Positions 25,828-34,881 of a DNA stretch of 35,607 bases are shown piece by piece; position 1 is the stretch's first letter; each line of letters opens with the position of its first letter. The translations under genes were made by a program, and so were the position numbers. The stretch covers positions 1 to 35,607 of the forward strand of contig VFKT01000347.1 in assembly GCA_009885395.1 (NCBI GenBank), given 5' to 3'. The notes under the pieces were generated by a model that was not told the DNA's origin, searched no databases, and was given only the letters and a program-made list of their open reading frames with translations. Origin of the DNA: Deltaproteobacteria bacterium (GTDB taxonomy: Bacteria > Desulfobacterota > Binatia > UBA12015).

Positions 25828-28412
25828 AGAATCTGCGAGCCGCAATCTGGTTGCTACAAGATGTCGCGGTGCCCTACCACCGCCGTCATATCGGACGGGC
25901 GTTCCTGACTCTGTTGGGGGTGGTGATCGGCTGTGCGATCGTGGTGGCCGTCGAATTGTTGAACCGCTCGGTGGTCGGGTCGTTCCGCGATACGATAGAA
26001 ACCATCGCGGGTTCGGCCGACCTTCAGGTGACCAATCCGGGCGCCGGAGTTCCGGAAGCGCTGCTCGATGGGCTGCCGGACGTTCCCGGCATCTCCTCTG
26101 CCGCCGGTCTGCTGCAGGCCACGCTGCCGACCTCACGCGGCGAACTCACGATTTTTGGGGTCGATGTCTTCGGCGACCAGGCCGTGCGGGCCCGCCAATT
26201 TCCACCCGAAGCGATTCAGATTCCAGACGAATTCGCCTTCAGTAATGCATTCGATTCGATTGCGGTCTCGACCACTTTGATGGAGCGCTGGAGGCTCGAG
26301 CCCGAGGCGGCCATCGAAGTCGCCGCGCCCTCGGGTCGGAAGGTGTTGCGGGTGCGAGGGACGGTCGAGCCGCGTGGTCCGGCGGCCCTCTACGATGGCG
26401 CAGTGGCGTTGCTTGATCTTCCGGCGGCACAGCGTCTGCTCGGCCGGGATGGCTTTGTGGATCAGATCGACATCGTTCTCGAGGAGGGCGCGGATCGCGA
26501 CGCCGTAACGCGACAGATTGAACAGATTACAGCTGGCCGTGCCCGGGTTCATCCGCCGCGTGAGCGTGCCAGTGGTCTTGACGGCATGCTGCTGAACCTG
26601 CGGACCTTTCTCTCTCTGGTGAGTCTCGAAGCGATCGTGGTCGGTATTTTTCTTGTCTACCACGCGCTGGCGACGGCCATCGCGCATCGTCGGCGCGAAC
26701 TCGCGATCTGTCGGGCAGTCGGCTTTGCGCCGCGCGCCCTTGCGCTCGCGGTGGGCATCGAGGCGCTGGCCTTTGGCATTGCGGGCGCAGGTATCGGCTG
26801 TGCGCTCGGAGTCGGGATGGCAGAAATAGCTCTTGATGCAGTGCGTGGCGCCGTGGGCGCAATCTATGCCCGCTCGGGAGCGGCCTCGCTTGAACTGGGT
26901 GCGGGACAGATCGGCCTCGCCTTGCTGCTTGGCGTGGGAACCGCGCTCGGGGCGGCGATCGGGCCCGCGCGCAGTGCGGCACGGGTGCCGGTGCTGCGCC
27001 ATCTCCGCCGCGACGACGCCGATGTACCGCCGCTCAAATCACTCGGCAGTTTCTTCTCTGGGATCGGCCTCGGTGTGAGTCTTCTGCTGCTGGGGACCGC
27101 TGGATTCTTTGTTGAGTACCGCTCGAGCAGTGCCCTGGTCCACCTGACGCTCATGGCGGTGCCGACGGCCTTGCTGGCGCTGGGCTTCGCGGCTCTCGCC
27201 CCTGCCTTTCTTGCCGGGTTCGTGGCTCTGCTGCAGCGGTGTTTCGGCCGACGGCAGCCGATCACACTCGAGCTCGCCCTGGAATCTCTGGCGCGCGATC
27301 CAGCGCGACGCCGCGGGCCGCTTACGCCAATGATCGTCGCCTTTGCGCTCGTTTTGCTCGGGGCTTCGATGGTCGCCAGTCTGCGCGCGTCGATTCTCGG
27401 CTGGGTGGAACGGACGCTTGCGGCCGACCTCTACGTTGTTGCCGGACCCTCGCTGCCGCTGCCCTCGGGCGAGACGTTCCCAGCCGCACTCGAGGCGAGA
27501 GTCGCTCCCGTTGCAGGCGTTGCGAGGGTGGCGGCGAGCCGATTGGTCTACACGCCGCTGGGCAACCGGACGGTTGTGCTGCGCAGTCTGCGCGACACCT
27601 TGCCCTTCGACGAATTGCATTATCCCATCCAGCAGGCGCTGCCCGACGCCGCCGCGCGATTTGCCCGCGGCGAGGGGGTCCTGCTCAGCGACGATCTGGC
27701 GCACCGCGAGGGCCTCTCGGTAGGCGATACGGTCGAACTCACGACCGCCTCGGGACCGCGCCGCTTCCTGGTTGCGGCGGTGGTCGTAGATTTTACGCTC
27801 GACGTTGGCACGATCACCATCGAGGAAGCCACCTATCGCCGACTCTGGCAGGACGACCTGGCCAATGTGCTCTATGTCTGGACTGAGAAGGGCGCGTCGC
27901 TGCCAGCGGTGCGGCGCTCGATCGGATTGGCGCTCGAACCGGTGGCGCGAACTTCGATTCTCACGGCCGGGCAATTCGAGCAGGATGTTTCAGGCGCACT
28001 CGATGGCGCGCTTCGCTTGACGTGGGCGATCGAGATCGTCGCTCTTGGAATCGCCTTGATCGGGGTCATCAACTTCTTCCTGGTCGAGGTTTCGGACCGT
28101 CGGCGCGAAATGGGCCTTTTGCGTGCAGTTGCCCTGGGGCCGACGGCGCTCGGCCGGTCGCTGCTCTTCGAGGCATCGGTCCTTGGCGTGCTCGGTGGTC
28201 TCCTCGGCGTGGCCTATGGCGCCTTGGTTTCATGGCTGGTGGTGACCCGCTCGGCCCGGCTGATTTCGGGTTGGAGCCTCGACTTCGTCTTCTCTGCCGA
28301 ACTGGCCGCCGCCACGGTGGTGGTCGCGACGGTTGCGGCCGTCCTCGCCGCTCGTTTCCCCGTCCGCCGGGCCCAGTCCCGCTCGGTGGCCGAACTGATT
28401 GCGATGGAGTGA
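25824..28412 (+). CDS. FtsX/MacB-like ABC permease (duplicated architecture)
   Basis: LTLLGVVIG, two extracytoplasmic domains, RRRELAICRAVG and RRREMGLLRAVA FtsX motifs; GGAGAGG SD before TTG 25824. Confidence 0.9.
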   Translation: MKNLRAAIWLLQDVAVPYHRRHIGRAFLTLLGVVIGCAIVVAVELLNRSVVGSFRDTIETIAGSADLQVTNPGAGVPEALLDGLPDVPGISSAAGLLQATLPTSRGELTIFGVDVFGDQAVRARQFPPEAIQIPDEFAFSNAFDSIAVSTTLMERWRLEPEAAIEVAAPSGRKVLRVRGTVEPRGPAALYDGAVALLDLPAAQRLLGRDGFVDQIDIVLEEGADRDAVTRQIEQITAGRARVHPPRERASGLDGMLLNLRTFLSLVSLEAIVVGIFLVYHALATAIAHRRRELAICRAVGFAPRALALAVGIEALAFGIAGAGIGCALGVGMAEIALDAVRGAVGAIYARSGAASLELGAGQIGLALLLGVGTALGAAIGPARSAARVPVLRHLRRDDADVPPLKSLGSFFSGIGLGVSLLLLGTAGFFVEYRSSSALVHLTLMAVPTALLALGFAALAPAFLAGFVALLQRCFGRRQPITLELALESLARDPARRRGPLTPMIVAFALVLLGASMVASLRASILGWVERTLAADLYVVAGPSLPLPSGETFPAALEARVAPVAGVARVAASRLVYTPLGNRTVVLRSLRDTLPFDELHYPIQQALPDAAARFARGEGVLLSDDLAHREGLSVGDTVELTTASGPRRFLVAAVVVDFTLDVGTITIEEATYRRLWQDDLANVLYVWTEKGASLPAVRRSIGLALEPVARTSILTAGQFEQDVSGALDGALRLTWAIEIVALGIALIGVINFFLVEVSDRRREMGLLRAVALGPTALGRSLLFEASVLGVLGGLLGVAYGALVSWLVVTRSARLISGWSLDFVFSAELAAATVVVATVAAVLAARFPVRRAQSRSVAELIAME

Positions 28413-28418
28413 ACGGAA

Positions 28419-29165
28419 ATGAAAAACCTGTCGATTGAACGCAACCCTGTTCCCCTCGAAGCACGGAAGGTGGTCAAGGCGTATCCACTTGGGCACGCCG
28501 AGACTCGCGCCCTCGATGGCGTCGATCTCAGGATCGAGCCCGGCGAGTTCGTGGCCGTGATGGGGCCGAGTGGCTCGGGCAAAAGCAGTCTGCTCAACCT
28601 TCTGGTCGGTCTTGATCGCCCGACTTCGGGCGAGGTCTGGGTCGAGGGCCGCGCCCTTTCGACGCTCGACGAGGATGGGCTGACGGCCTTGCGTCGCACC
28701 CGCGTGGGGGTGATCTTTCAGGCCTTCAATCTGCTGCCAGGTCTCTCGGCGCAGGAGAACGTCGAGTTGCCCTTGCGTGCGGCCGGAACGAGCCGGCAAG
28801 CCGCGTCGCAGCGCGCTCGTGCCATGCTGGAGCGGGTCGGGCTCGCGGAGCGCTGCGGGCATCGCCCCGACGAACTCTCGGGTGGTCAGGCGCAAAGAGT
28901 CGCGATCGCCCGGGCGCTGGTGATCGAGCCTTTGATCGTCGTCGCGGATGAACCAACCGGCAGTCTCGACTCGGAGAACGGTTCTGGGGTGCTCAGGCTG
29001 CTGCGTCAACTCAATGACGAACGCGGGGTAGCTGTGCTGATGGTGACGCACGCTCCGGCGGCGGCGGCCTATGCAGATCGGATCGTGACGATGAGCGACG
29101 GTCAAGTGGTGGGTGAAGAGCGGCCTCGGGCCGATCAGCCGGTCTTGGTACACGCACTCGCCTGA
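28419..29165 (+). CDS. LolD/MacB-type ABC ATP-binding protein
   Basis: GPSGSGKS, FQAFNLL, LSGGQAQR, ADEPTGSLD, MVTH. Confidence 0.95.
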   Translation: MKNLSIERNPVPLEARKVVKAYPLGHAETRALDGVDLRIEPGEFVAVMGPSGSGKSSLLNLLVGLDRPTSGEVWVEGRALSTLDEDGLTALRRTRVGVIFQAFNLLPGLSAQENVELPLRAAGTSRQAASQRARAMLERVGLAERCGHRPDELSGGQAQRVAIARALVIEPLIVVADEPTGSLDSENGSGVLRLLRQLNDERGVAVLMVTHAPAAAAYADRIVTMSDGQVVGEERPRADQPVLVHALA

Positions 29166-29251
29166 GGGCTGGCGTGCCGCCAAGCATATCGTCAAAACTC
29201 CCGCTGGTATGCGCCCTGATGCACGCACTCGCCTGATGCGCTGGCGGGCCG
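29151..29251. repeat. Duplicated 3' end of the ABC ATPase gene, period 71
   Basis: cacgcactcgcctga exact at 29151-29165 (includes stop) and 29222-29236, similarity continuing (gggctggcgtgccg vs tgcgctggcgggccg). Confidence 0.8.
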
Positions 29252-29311
29252 GCGCTGCGGGCGGCTTCGCTTCGGATCAACCCATCGCGGCCCAGGCCCG
29301 ACGGGGGCGGC

Positions 29312-29695
29312 TTATTGCAGCGTGCCGGGGACCTGCAACGCAAAGCGCGGTATTTTAGCCTCGAAGATGCGACCGCCGGCCTCGTGCATCTCGTAGCTGC
29401 CTTCCATCGTGCCGTAAGGCGTCGGCAGGACCGAGCCACTGGAGTACTGGTGTTTCTCCCCCGCATCGAGAATCGGTTGCTGGCCGACCACACCGTCACC
29501 CGTGACTTCCTGCAGCCTGCCGTTGCCATCGGTGATGAGCCAGTGCCGACGGCGAAGCTGAACCCGGGACAGGCCCTCGTTCTCGATCGTCACCTGGTAG
29601 GCAAAGGCGTAGCGTCCATCCTCGGGGTCGGAGTGCTCCTCGAGAAAAACCGCTTCCACGGTGACCCGAATCCCATCCGTGAGCGTGGTCGACAC
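29312..29695 (-). CDS. apaG: ApaG protein
   Basis: YAFAYQVTIEN, QLRRRHWLITDG, GDGVVGQQP, YSSGSVLPTPYGTMEGSY; GGAG SD before GTG. Confidence 0.95.
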   Translation of the reverse strand: MSTTLTDGIRVTVEAVFLEEHSDPEDGRYAFAYQVTIENEGLSRVQLRRRHWLITDGNGRLQEVTGDGVVGQQPILDAGEKHQYSSGSVLPTPYGTMEGSYEMHEAGGRIFEAKIPRFALQVPGTLQ

Positions 29696-29815
29696 CCATG
29701 CTCCATAGCCCGGAGACCGACGCAATGCATCCAGCTCAGGGTTGCAGGACGCCCGATCAGTCGCCAAACCCCTGCCAGGCACGCGGCGTTGGAGGCCACG
29801 CGCCTGGAGGATCCC

Positions 29816-30235
29816 ATGAGCCAATCGCATTACGCCGCGGCGCTGCCGCGCCCCACCCCGGATTCGCAGCCCTTCTGGGATGCGCTGCGGCAGCACGAGC
29901 TGCACCTTCAGCGTTGTCAAGCTTGTGGACAGGCCTTCTTCTATCCGCGTAACGTCTGTCCGCATTGCCTGTCATCGGACCTCGCCTGGTTCCGGTCCAG
30001 CGGTCGCGGACGGCTTCATACTTTCGTGATCGCGTACACGGCGCCACGCAACCCGCCGCTTGAAGTGCCCTACGTGATCGCGATGGTTGAACTTGAGGAG
30101 GGGCCGCGCCTCATGACCAATCTGGTCGGGGTCGAGCCCGACCCGAAGCAAATTCGCTGCGAGATGCCGGTCGAGATCGAGTTTGTTGATGTCACCGACG
30201 AGTTCACCTTGCCCCGGTTTCGGCCGGTCGCCTGA
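29816..30235 (+). CDS. DUF35 Zn-ribbon/OB-fold protein
   Basis: PFWDAL, QRCQACG, YPRNVCPHC, PYVIAMVELEEGPRLMTNL; GGAGG SD. Confidence 0.92.
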   Translation: MSQSHYAAALPRPTPDSQPFWDALRQHELHLQRCQACGQAFFYPRNVCPHCLSSDLAWFRSSGRGRLHTFVIAYTAPRNPPLEVPYVIAMVELEEGPRLMTNLVGVEPDPKQIRCEMPVEIEFVDVTDEFTLPRFRPVA

Positions 30236-30252
30236 TTTTGGAGGAGAGAACC

Positions 30253-31413
30253 ATGGCAAGCGGGGGAAAAGGACGGGGTCGGATCGCGATCGTTGGGGCC
30301 GCCGAGTCTGACGCTCTCGGCAAACTGCCACAGAAATCAGCGTTGATGCTGCATGCCGAAGGGGCGCGCAACGCGCTTGGCGATGCCGGCATCGCACCGT
30401 CGGAAGTCGATGCGGTCCTCTCGACCGGGCGACAGACGGCGAACGATGTGCCCGAGTATCTGGGGATTCGGCCCCGCTATATGGACAACACGCAAATGGG
30501 AGGCTGCTCCTTCATTGCGCATCTGCAGCACGCGCTGGGGCTGATCGAAGCCGGGATTGCCGAGGTCGTGCTCATCACGCATGGCGAGAGCGGCCGCTCG
30601 CGGGTCGGCATGGGCGGGACGGGCTTTTCGCCGGATTCGCCGCCGGGTCAGTACGAGATGCCGTTTGGAATCGGCGGGCCGGCGACCCGCTACGGACTCG
30701 CGGCAACTCGTCATATGCACGAATACGGCACCACCAAGCGCCAGCTCGCCTGGGTGGCGGTCGCCACCCGCGACTGGGCAAGCCTGAATCCGCGCGCCTC
30801 GATGCGCGATCCGATCACTGTACAGGATGTGCTTGACTCTCGTCAGGTCGCCTGGCCTTTCAATCTCTTGGATTGCTGCCTCGTAACCGATGGCGGTGGG
30901 GCGCTGGTGGTGACCTCGGCCGAGCGGGCACGCGATTGTCGCCAGAAGCCGGTCTATGTGCTCGGTACCGGCGAGGCCACAACGCACTCGATAGTTTCAC
31001 AAATGCCGCGCTTTCATATCTGGGATGCGGCGATCACCTCGGGGCAGGGAGCCTGGGCGATGTCAGGTGTCAAGCACTCCGAGATCGATCTGGCGATGCT
31101 TTATGACGCCTTCACGATCGTGCCGATCATGGCGCTCGAAGCGCTCGGCTTCTGCGGCTTTGGTGAAGGTGGTGCCTTCGTCGAGGGTGGCCGCACCGGC
31201 CCCGGCGGCGATTTCCCGATGAACACCAACGGTGGCGGCCTCTCCTACACCCATACCGGCATGTACGGCATGTTCCTGCTGATCGAGGCCGTGCGCCAGT
31301 TGCGCGGTGTTTGCGAGGGACGGCAGGTGCCGGGGGCAAAGACCGCGATTTGTCACGGCACGGGCGGGATCTTCTCGGCCGCAGCGACGGCAATTCTCTC
31401 GACCGAGCGGTGA
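30253..31413 (+). CDS. SCP2-type thiolase-fold protein
   Basis: IAIVGAAE, GGCS, LLDCCLVTDGGGA, LYDAFT, NTNGGGLSYTHTG, EAVRQLRG. Confidence 0.9.
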   Translation: MASGGKGRGRIAIVGAAESDALGKLPQKSALMLHAEGARNALGDAGIAPSEVDAVLSTGRQTANDVPEYLGIRPRYMDNTQMGGCSFIAHLQHALGLIEAGIAEVVLITHGESGRSRVGMGGTGFSPDSPPGQYEMPFGIGGPATRYGLAATRHMHEYGTTKRQLAWVAVATRDWASLNPRASMRDPITVQDVLDSRQVAWPFNLLDCCLVTDGGGALVVTSAERARDCRQKPVYVLGTGEATTHSIVSQMPRFHIWDAAITSGQGAWAMSGVKHSEIDLAMLYDAFTIVPIMALEALGFCGFGEGGAFVEGGRTGPGGDFPMNTNGGGLSYTHTGMYGMFLLIEAVRQLRGVCEGRQVPGAKTAICHGTGGIFSAAATAILSTER

Positions 31414-31417
31414 AGCA

Positions 31418-31525
31418 GAGCGAGCAGCCAGAGAGCGATCGTCCTCCGGGGGACGCGGGCGGTTACGTCAATCCAAGAGATTCCCGGCTTGGAGCGAGCA
31501 GCCAGAGAGCCATTACCCTCCGGGG
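31418..31525. repeat. 34-bp imperfect direct repeat, period 74
   Basis: gagcgagcagccagagagcgatcgtcctccgggg (31418-31451) vs gagcgagcagccagagagccattaccctccgggg (31492-31525), 4 mismatches. Confidence 0.85.
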
Positions 31526-31648
31526 AGGATGCCTGCCGTGGCAGGCGTCACGCCTGGCGCTGGGTATGTTGATTTTTGTATCTTGATGAGGTCCTGGTCG
31601 CACGCATCTGCGCGAGGTCAGCAAACCCGCGCGACCGCTCGCTCTTGT

Positions 31649-32488
31649 TCAGGAAAAGCCTCCGCCTGCCGCAGCGGCGATCCGCCCCAGTTCCCCCAGG
31701 GCTTCGCCGAGGCGCGGGCCGTGCCAGAAGGGCAGCCGGCCGTCGATCAGATGCACCTGGCCTCTTCGTACAGCCCATGATTCAGAGAGCTCGCCCGTAC
31801 GCACCGCCTCGGCGTCGGCGGCAGTGAAGCGGTAGGGTTCGTCGGGCAGCAGCACGATCTCGGGCTTGTGCCGCGCGAGCTCGTCGAGTTCGATACGGGG
31901 GTAGTGGCCGGACTCATCGGCGAACACATTGACCAGACCGACCGCTTCGAGGAGGTGATGCGCATAGGTGTCGCGGCCGATCGTCATCCAGGGGTCCTTC
32001 CAGACGGCGAGGAAGCAGCGCAACGGCCTTTTCAGTCGGCGGTGCCTGGCGTGCGCCAACGCGTCCAGCATCTTTGTAAGAACGGACTCAGCCCGGTTTT
32101 CGTCCGCGCCAAGCCCCGCCAGTCGACGGACCTGCTCAACCGAGTCCTCAAGCGTGACGGGATGATCGACCCAAACCACAAGCCCGTTCTGGCGCAGTCG
32201 TCGTACGTCAGATTCACGGTTCTCCTCGCGATTAGCAAGCACTAGATCAGGCGCGAGCGCAATGATCTCGTCAAGCCGTGGATTCTTGGTGCCGCCGATA
32301 GGCGGGCAGATGTTGATCAGCTGCGTCGGGTGGATGCAGAAGTCGGTGCGCCCGACCAGCATAGGTGCGAGGCCGAGAAGCACCAGCGTCTCGGTGACAC
32401 TCGGGACCAGCGAAACGATTCGACCCGGCCGCTCGGGCAGAGACACCGCGACTTCCGAGGCGTCGATCCGGAGTGTCATCTCGGCCAC
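31649..32488 (-). CDS. Helical-backbone metal/cobalamin receptor family protein (BtuF-like)
   Basis: RIVSLVPSVTETL, VGRTDFCIHP, IGGTKNP, PDLVLANREEN, LLPDEPY, WHGPR; no signal peptide evident. Confidence 0.88.
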   Translation of the reverse strand: MAEMTLRIDASEVAVSLPERPGRIVSLVPSVTETLVLLGLAPMLVGRTDFCIHPTQLINICPPIGGTKNPRLDEIIALAPDLVLANREENRESDVRRLRQNGLVVWVDHPVTLEDSVEQVRRLAGLGADENRAESVLTKMLDALAHARHRRLKRPLRCFLAVWKDPWMTIGRDTYAHHLLEAVGLVNVFADESGHYPRIELDELARHKPEIVLLPDEPYRFTAADAEAVRTGELSESWAVRRGQVHLIDGRLPFWHGPRLGEALGELGRIAAAAGGGFS

Positions 32489-32503
32489 AGGAGGGCGGGC
32501 ACC

Positions 32504-32916
32504 TCAGCGGGGTCCCGATCCCAGGAGGCGAAAGCCCATGGCTCGCGCAGCCTGTGCCAGCTCGGCGTCGTGCGTGGCGAAAAGAAGTTCGTCATAGTGT
32601 ACTTTGATGAGGATAGCCGTAGCAACATGAATTGCATCGAGTGAGGCGAGCTTTGTCGGGCAGGGGTCGGCTGCGTGCGTCAGGACGACGTCGTCTGTAT
32701 GCGCCAGCTCAAATGATTTCAGGTACATCAGGACGCTTTCGCGCTGCCTGGCTAAGGCATCGTCGCTCTAACCGAGCCGCAGACGTGCCCGACCGATCGT
32801 CCGAAGGCATTGGTCTCACTCGCGAATGGACGCTCGATACGGTTCCATTCGCGCAAGCGGCCTGGATCGCCAAAGATGATCCAGAGCAGGACCGACGAAT
32901 CGACATAGACGGTCAC
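32504..32916 (-). pseudogene. vapC: VapC PIN toxin pseudogene
   Basis: VTVYVDSSVLL...ASE then frameshift near 32812 into CLRTIGRARLRLG*SDD (in-frame TAG 32770-32768) ...LASLDAIHVATA...FATHDAELAQAA. Confidence 0.85.
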
Positions 32917-33170
32917 TGTCGGCCGCGTTCCTCGAGCAGGAGGTCGAGCGAGGAAATCTTCCAGTTCGCTGGTCTTGGTGGGTGTTCGCGGATCGTCACG
33001 AAGTCGAGCTTTGGCTTGATGCTTCGGAGCGGCTTGCGGATCGAACCTGCGGGGACGATCCGTGCGATGGGGCGATCGCGGTCCAAGACCTCGATTTCGG
33101 CCCCGCGTTCGACGGCGCGCAGATGTTTGGAAAGATGGTCGTTGAGTTCCGCAATCCTGACGCTCTTCAT
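32913..33170 (-). CDS. Phd/YefM family antitoxin
   Basis: MKSVRIAELNDHLSKHLRAVERGAEIEVLDRDRPIARIVP...SLDLLLEER; GTGA overlap with the toxin. Confidence 0.9.
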   Translation of the reverse strand: MKSVRIAELNDHLSKHLRAVERGAEIEVLDRDRPIARIVPAGSIRKPLRSIKPKLDFVTIREHPPRPANWKISSLDLLLEERGRQ

Positions 33171-33176
33171 GGCTAT

Positions 33177-33188
33177 ATCTGGCCAGAT
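33177..33188. promoter_or_regulatory. Palindrome upstream of antitoxin, candidate TA operator
   Basis: ATCTGGCCAGAT, 6 nt from the ATG. Confidence 0.45.
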
Positions 33189-33260
33189 TTGCGACTAAAC
33201 GTCAAGCTCTCGCCGGGTCGGACTTACAGCCGACCCGCCAGCAGCTAAGGTTCGACGTCG

Positions 33261-34400
33261 ATGCCGGATGAAGCCATTGCGCGGGCACCGGGCCGGGTGA
33301 ATCTGATCGGCGAACACACCGACTACAACGGTGGCCTGGTGTTGCCGATGGCGATCGACCTGGTCACGGAGGTGCGCTTGCGACGCCGCGGCGACCGGCG
33401 TCTGGTGCTGCGCTCGACCGCGAAAACGCAGACGATCGAGACGGCGCTCGACGATACGATGCCGCAAGGCGGGGGCGCATGGGGCGATTATGTGCGCGCA
33501 GTGGCGCTGGCTCTGATCCGGCAGGGGATCGAGGTCCCCGGAGCCGACGTATGGATCGAGAGCCAGGTTCCTGAAGGTGCGGGCCTTTCGTCGTCTGCCG
33601 CTCTCGAAGTTGCGACCGCGATGGCCTTTCTCGATCTCGTCGAGGTCGAGCTTGAGCCGCGCAGCATCGCGCGTCTTTGCCAGCAGGCCGAGAACGATTT
33701 CGTCGGCACGCGCTGCGGCATCATGGATCCGCTCGTAAGCGTTCTCGCCGAGTCCGGTCGGGCAATGTGGCTCGATTGCGCGACGCTTGAGAGTCGCGCC
33801 GTGGCGTTGCCGCCCGACATTGCCGTGCTGGTCGCCGATACCGGCGTGCGTCATGCGCTGGCTTCGGGCGAGTACAACCGTCGTCGTGCCGAATGCGAAG
33901 CGGCATTACTCGTAGCGCGCCGGTTGTCGCCGGAGATCAATTTTCTTGCCGAACTGAAAGAGTCGGATCTCGAACGACTTGGCAGATATCTCGAGGTGCT
34001 GCCGCTCGCCCGGGCGCGCCATGTGGTGCGGGAGTGCGCCCGGGTCGAGGCCGTGGTCGCGGCGCTGGAGAGTGGACAACCGCAAGAAGCAGGTCGCCGC
34101 ATGGTCGAATCGCACGCTAGTCTGCGCGACGACTACGCCGTCAGCTGTCCCGAACTGGACCTGCTGGTCGAACTCGCCCTGGCCCAGTCGGGCGTGTTCG
34201 GCAGCCGCATGACCGGCGGCGGTTTCGGTGGTTGCACCGTGAGCCTGGTGGAGCAAGGCCGGGCTGCCGACGTTCGCGCTGCGATGGACGAGGCATGGCG
34301 AAGGGCGAGGGGGCAGCCTCTGCGGAGCTGGGAGTTCCGCCCGGGACCGGGTGCCTTCGCGTTGCGCCGGGCTTCGACCAACGCCGGGTCCGCCCGCTAG
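33261..34400 (+). CDS. galK: Galactokinase
   Basis: APGRVNLIGEHTDYNGG, PEGAGLSSSAA, CGIMD, YNRRRAEC, GSRMTGGGFGG. Confidence 0.95.
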   Translation: MPDEAIARAPGRVNLIGEHTDYNGGLVLPMAIDLVTEVRLRRRGDRRLVLRSTAKTQTIETALDDTMPQGGGAWGDYVRAVALALIRQGIEVPGADVWIESQVPEGAGLSSSAALEVATAMAFLDLVEVELEPRSIARLCQQAENDFVGTRCGIMDPLVSVLAESGRAMWLDCATLESRAVALPPDIAVLVADTGVRHALASGEYNRRRAECEAALLVARRLSPEINFLAELKESDLERLGRYLEVLPLARARHVVRECARVEAVVAALESGQPQEAGRRMVESHASLRDDYAVSCPELDLLVELALAQSGVFGSRMTGGGFGGCTVSLVEQGRAADVRAAMDEAWRRARGQPLRSWEFRPGPGAFALRRASTNAGSAR

Positions 34401-34405
34401 CCCGT

Positions 34406-34436
34406 AACTCGCGAGGCCCGCTGAACCTTGCGAGTT
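34406..34436 (+). terminator. Hairpin after galK
   Basis: AACTCGCGAGG...CCTTGCGAGTT; weak U-tract. Confidence 0.45.
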
Positions 34437-34642
34437 CCAACGCCGTATCAGGTTGCTGGCGCGCTCTCTCCAGCGGAAAGCCCGTGAGAGCACGGCCCCG
34501 GCCCTCCCTCTGGTCGCAAAAATTGGACAGTAGGCCGTGCGAAATTGGCAGTCAGCGGCAAGAAGTTGCCAGCACTGCATCGAGCACGAGCCCTTTCGGC
34601 CCAAAAAGCCTTGAAACACAAGCCTCGGCGAGCGGGTCCGCG

Positions 34643-34657
34643 TGGCATCGCATTTGC
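34643..34657 (+). promoter_or_regulatory. Sigma-54 (-24/-12) promoter
   Basis: TGGCAT-CGCAT-TTGC with GG-N10-GC spacing; predicted start near 34669. Confidence 0.7.
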
Positions 34658-34731
34658 GGAGTCAGGTCTTACCGACCTTTTGCCCGCTGCCCTCCTGCAG
34701 CGGACGAAAGGTCCGGGTGAAGGAGAGAATC

Positions 34732-34854
34732 ATGCGCCGTGTCCGTCGAAACATCGTCCGATTCAATCGTCGTTGGCTGCCGTTCGGCGGGATGGATGCG
34801 GCTCGTGCGGCCCTGCTCGGGGCTGCCCTGGTGGCGGGAATGATCGCCGCCTAG
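34732..34854 (+). CDS. 40-aa small protein, Arg-rich N-terminus and hydrophobic C-terminus
   Basis: AAGGAG SD; MRRVRRNIVRFNRRWLPFGGMDAARAALLGAALVAGMIAA; flanked by its own promoter motif and terminator. Confidence 0.6.
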   Translation: MRRVRRNIVRFNRRWLPFGGMDAARAALLGAALVAGMIAA

Positions 34855-34881
34855 GGAATTCTTTCCGATTCTTCGACTCAC

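Noticed and set aside
33240-33262. GGTTCGA T-loop-like motif (tRNA)
   Set aside because: No cloverleaf or acceptor stem around it.
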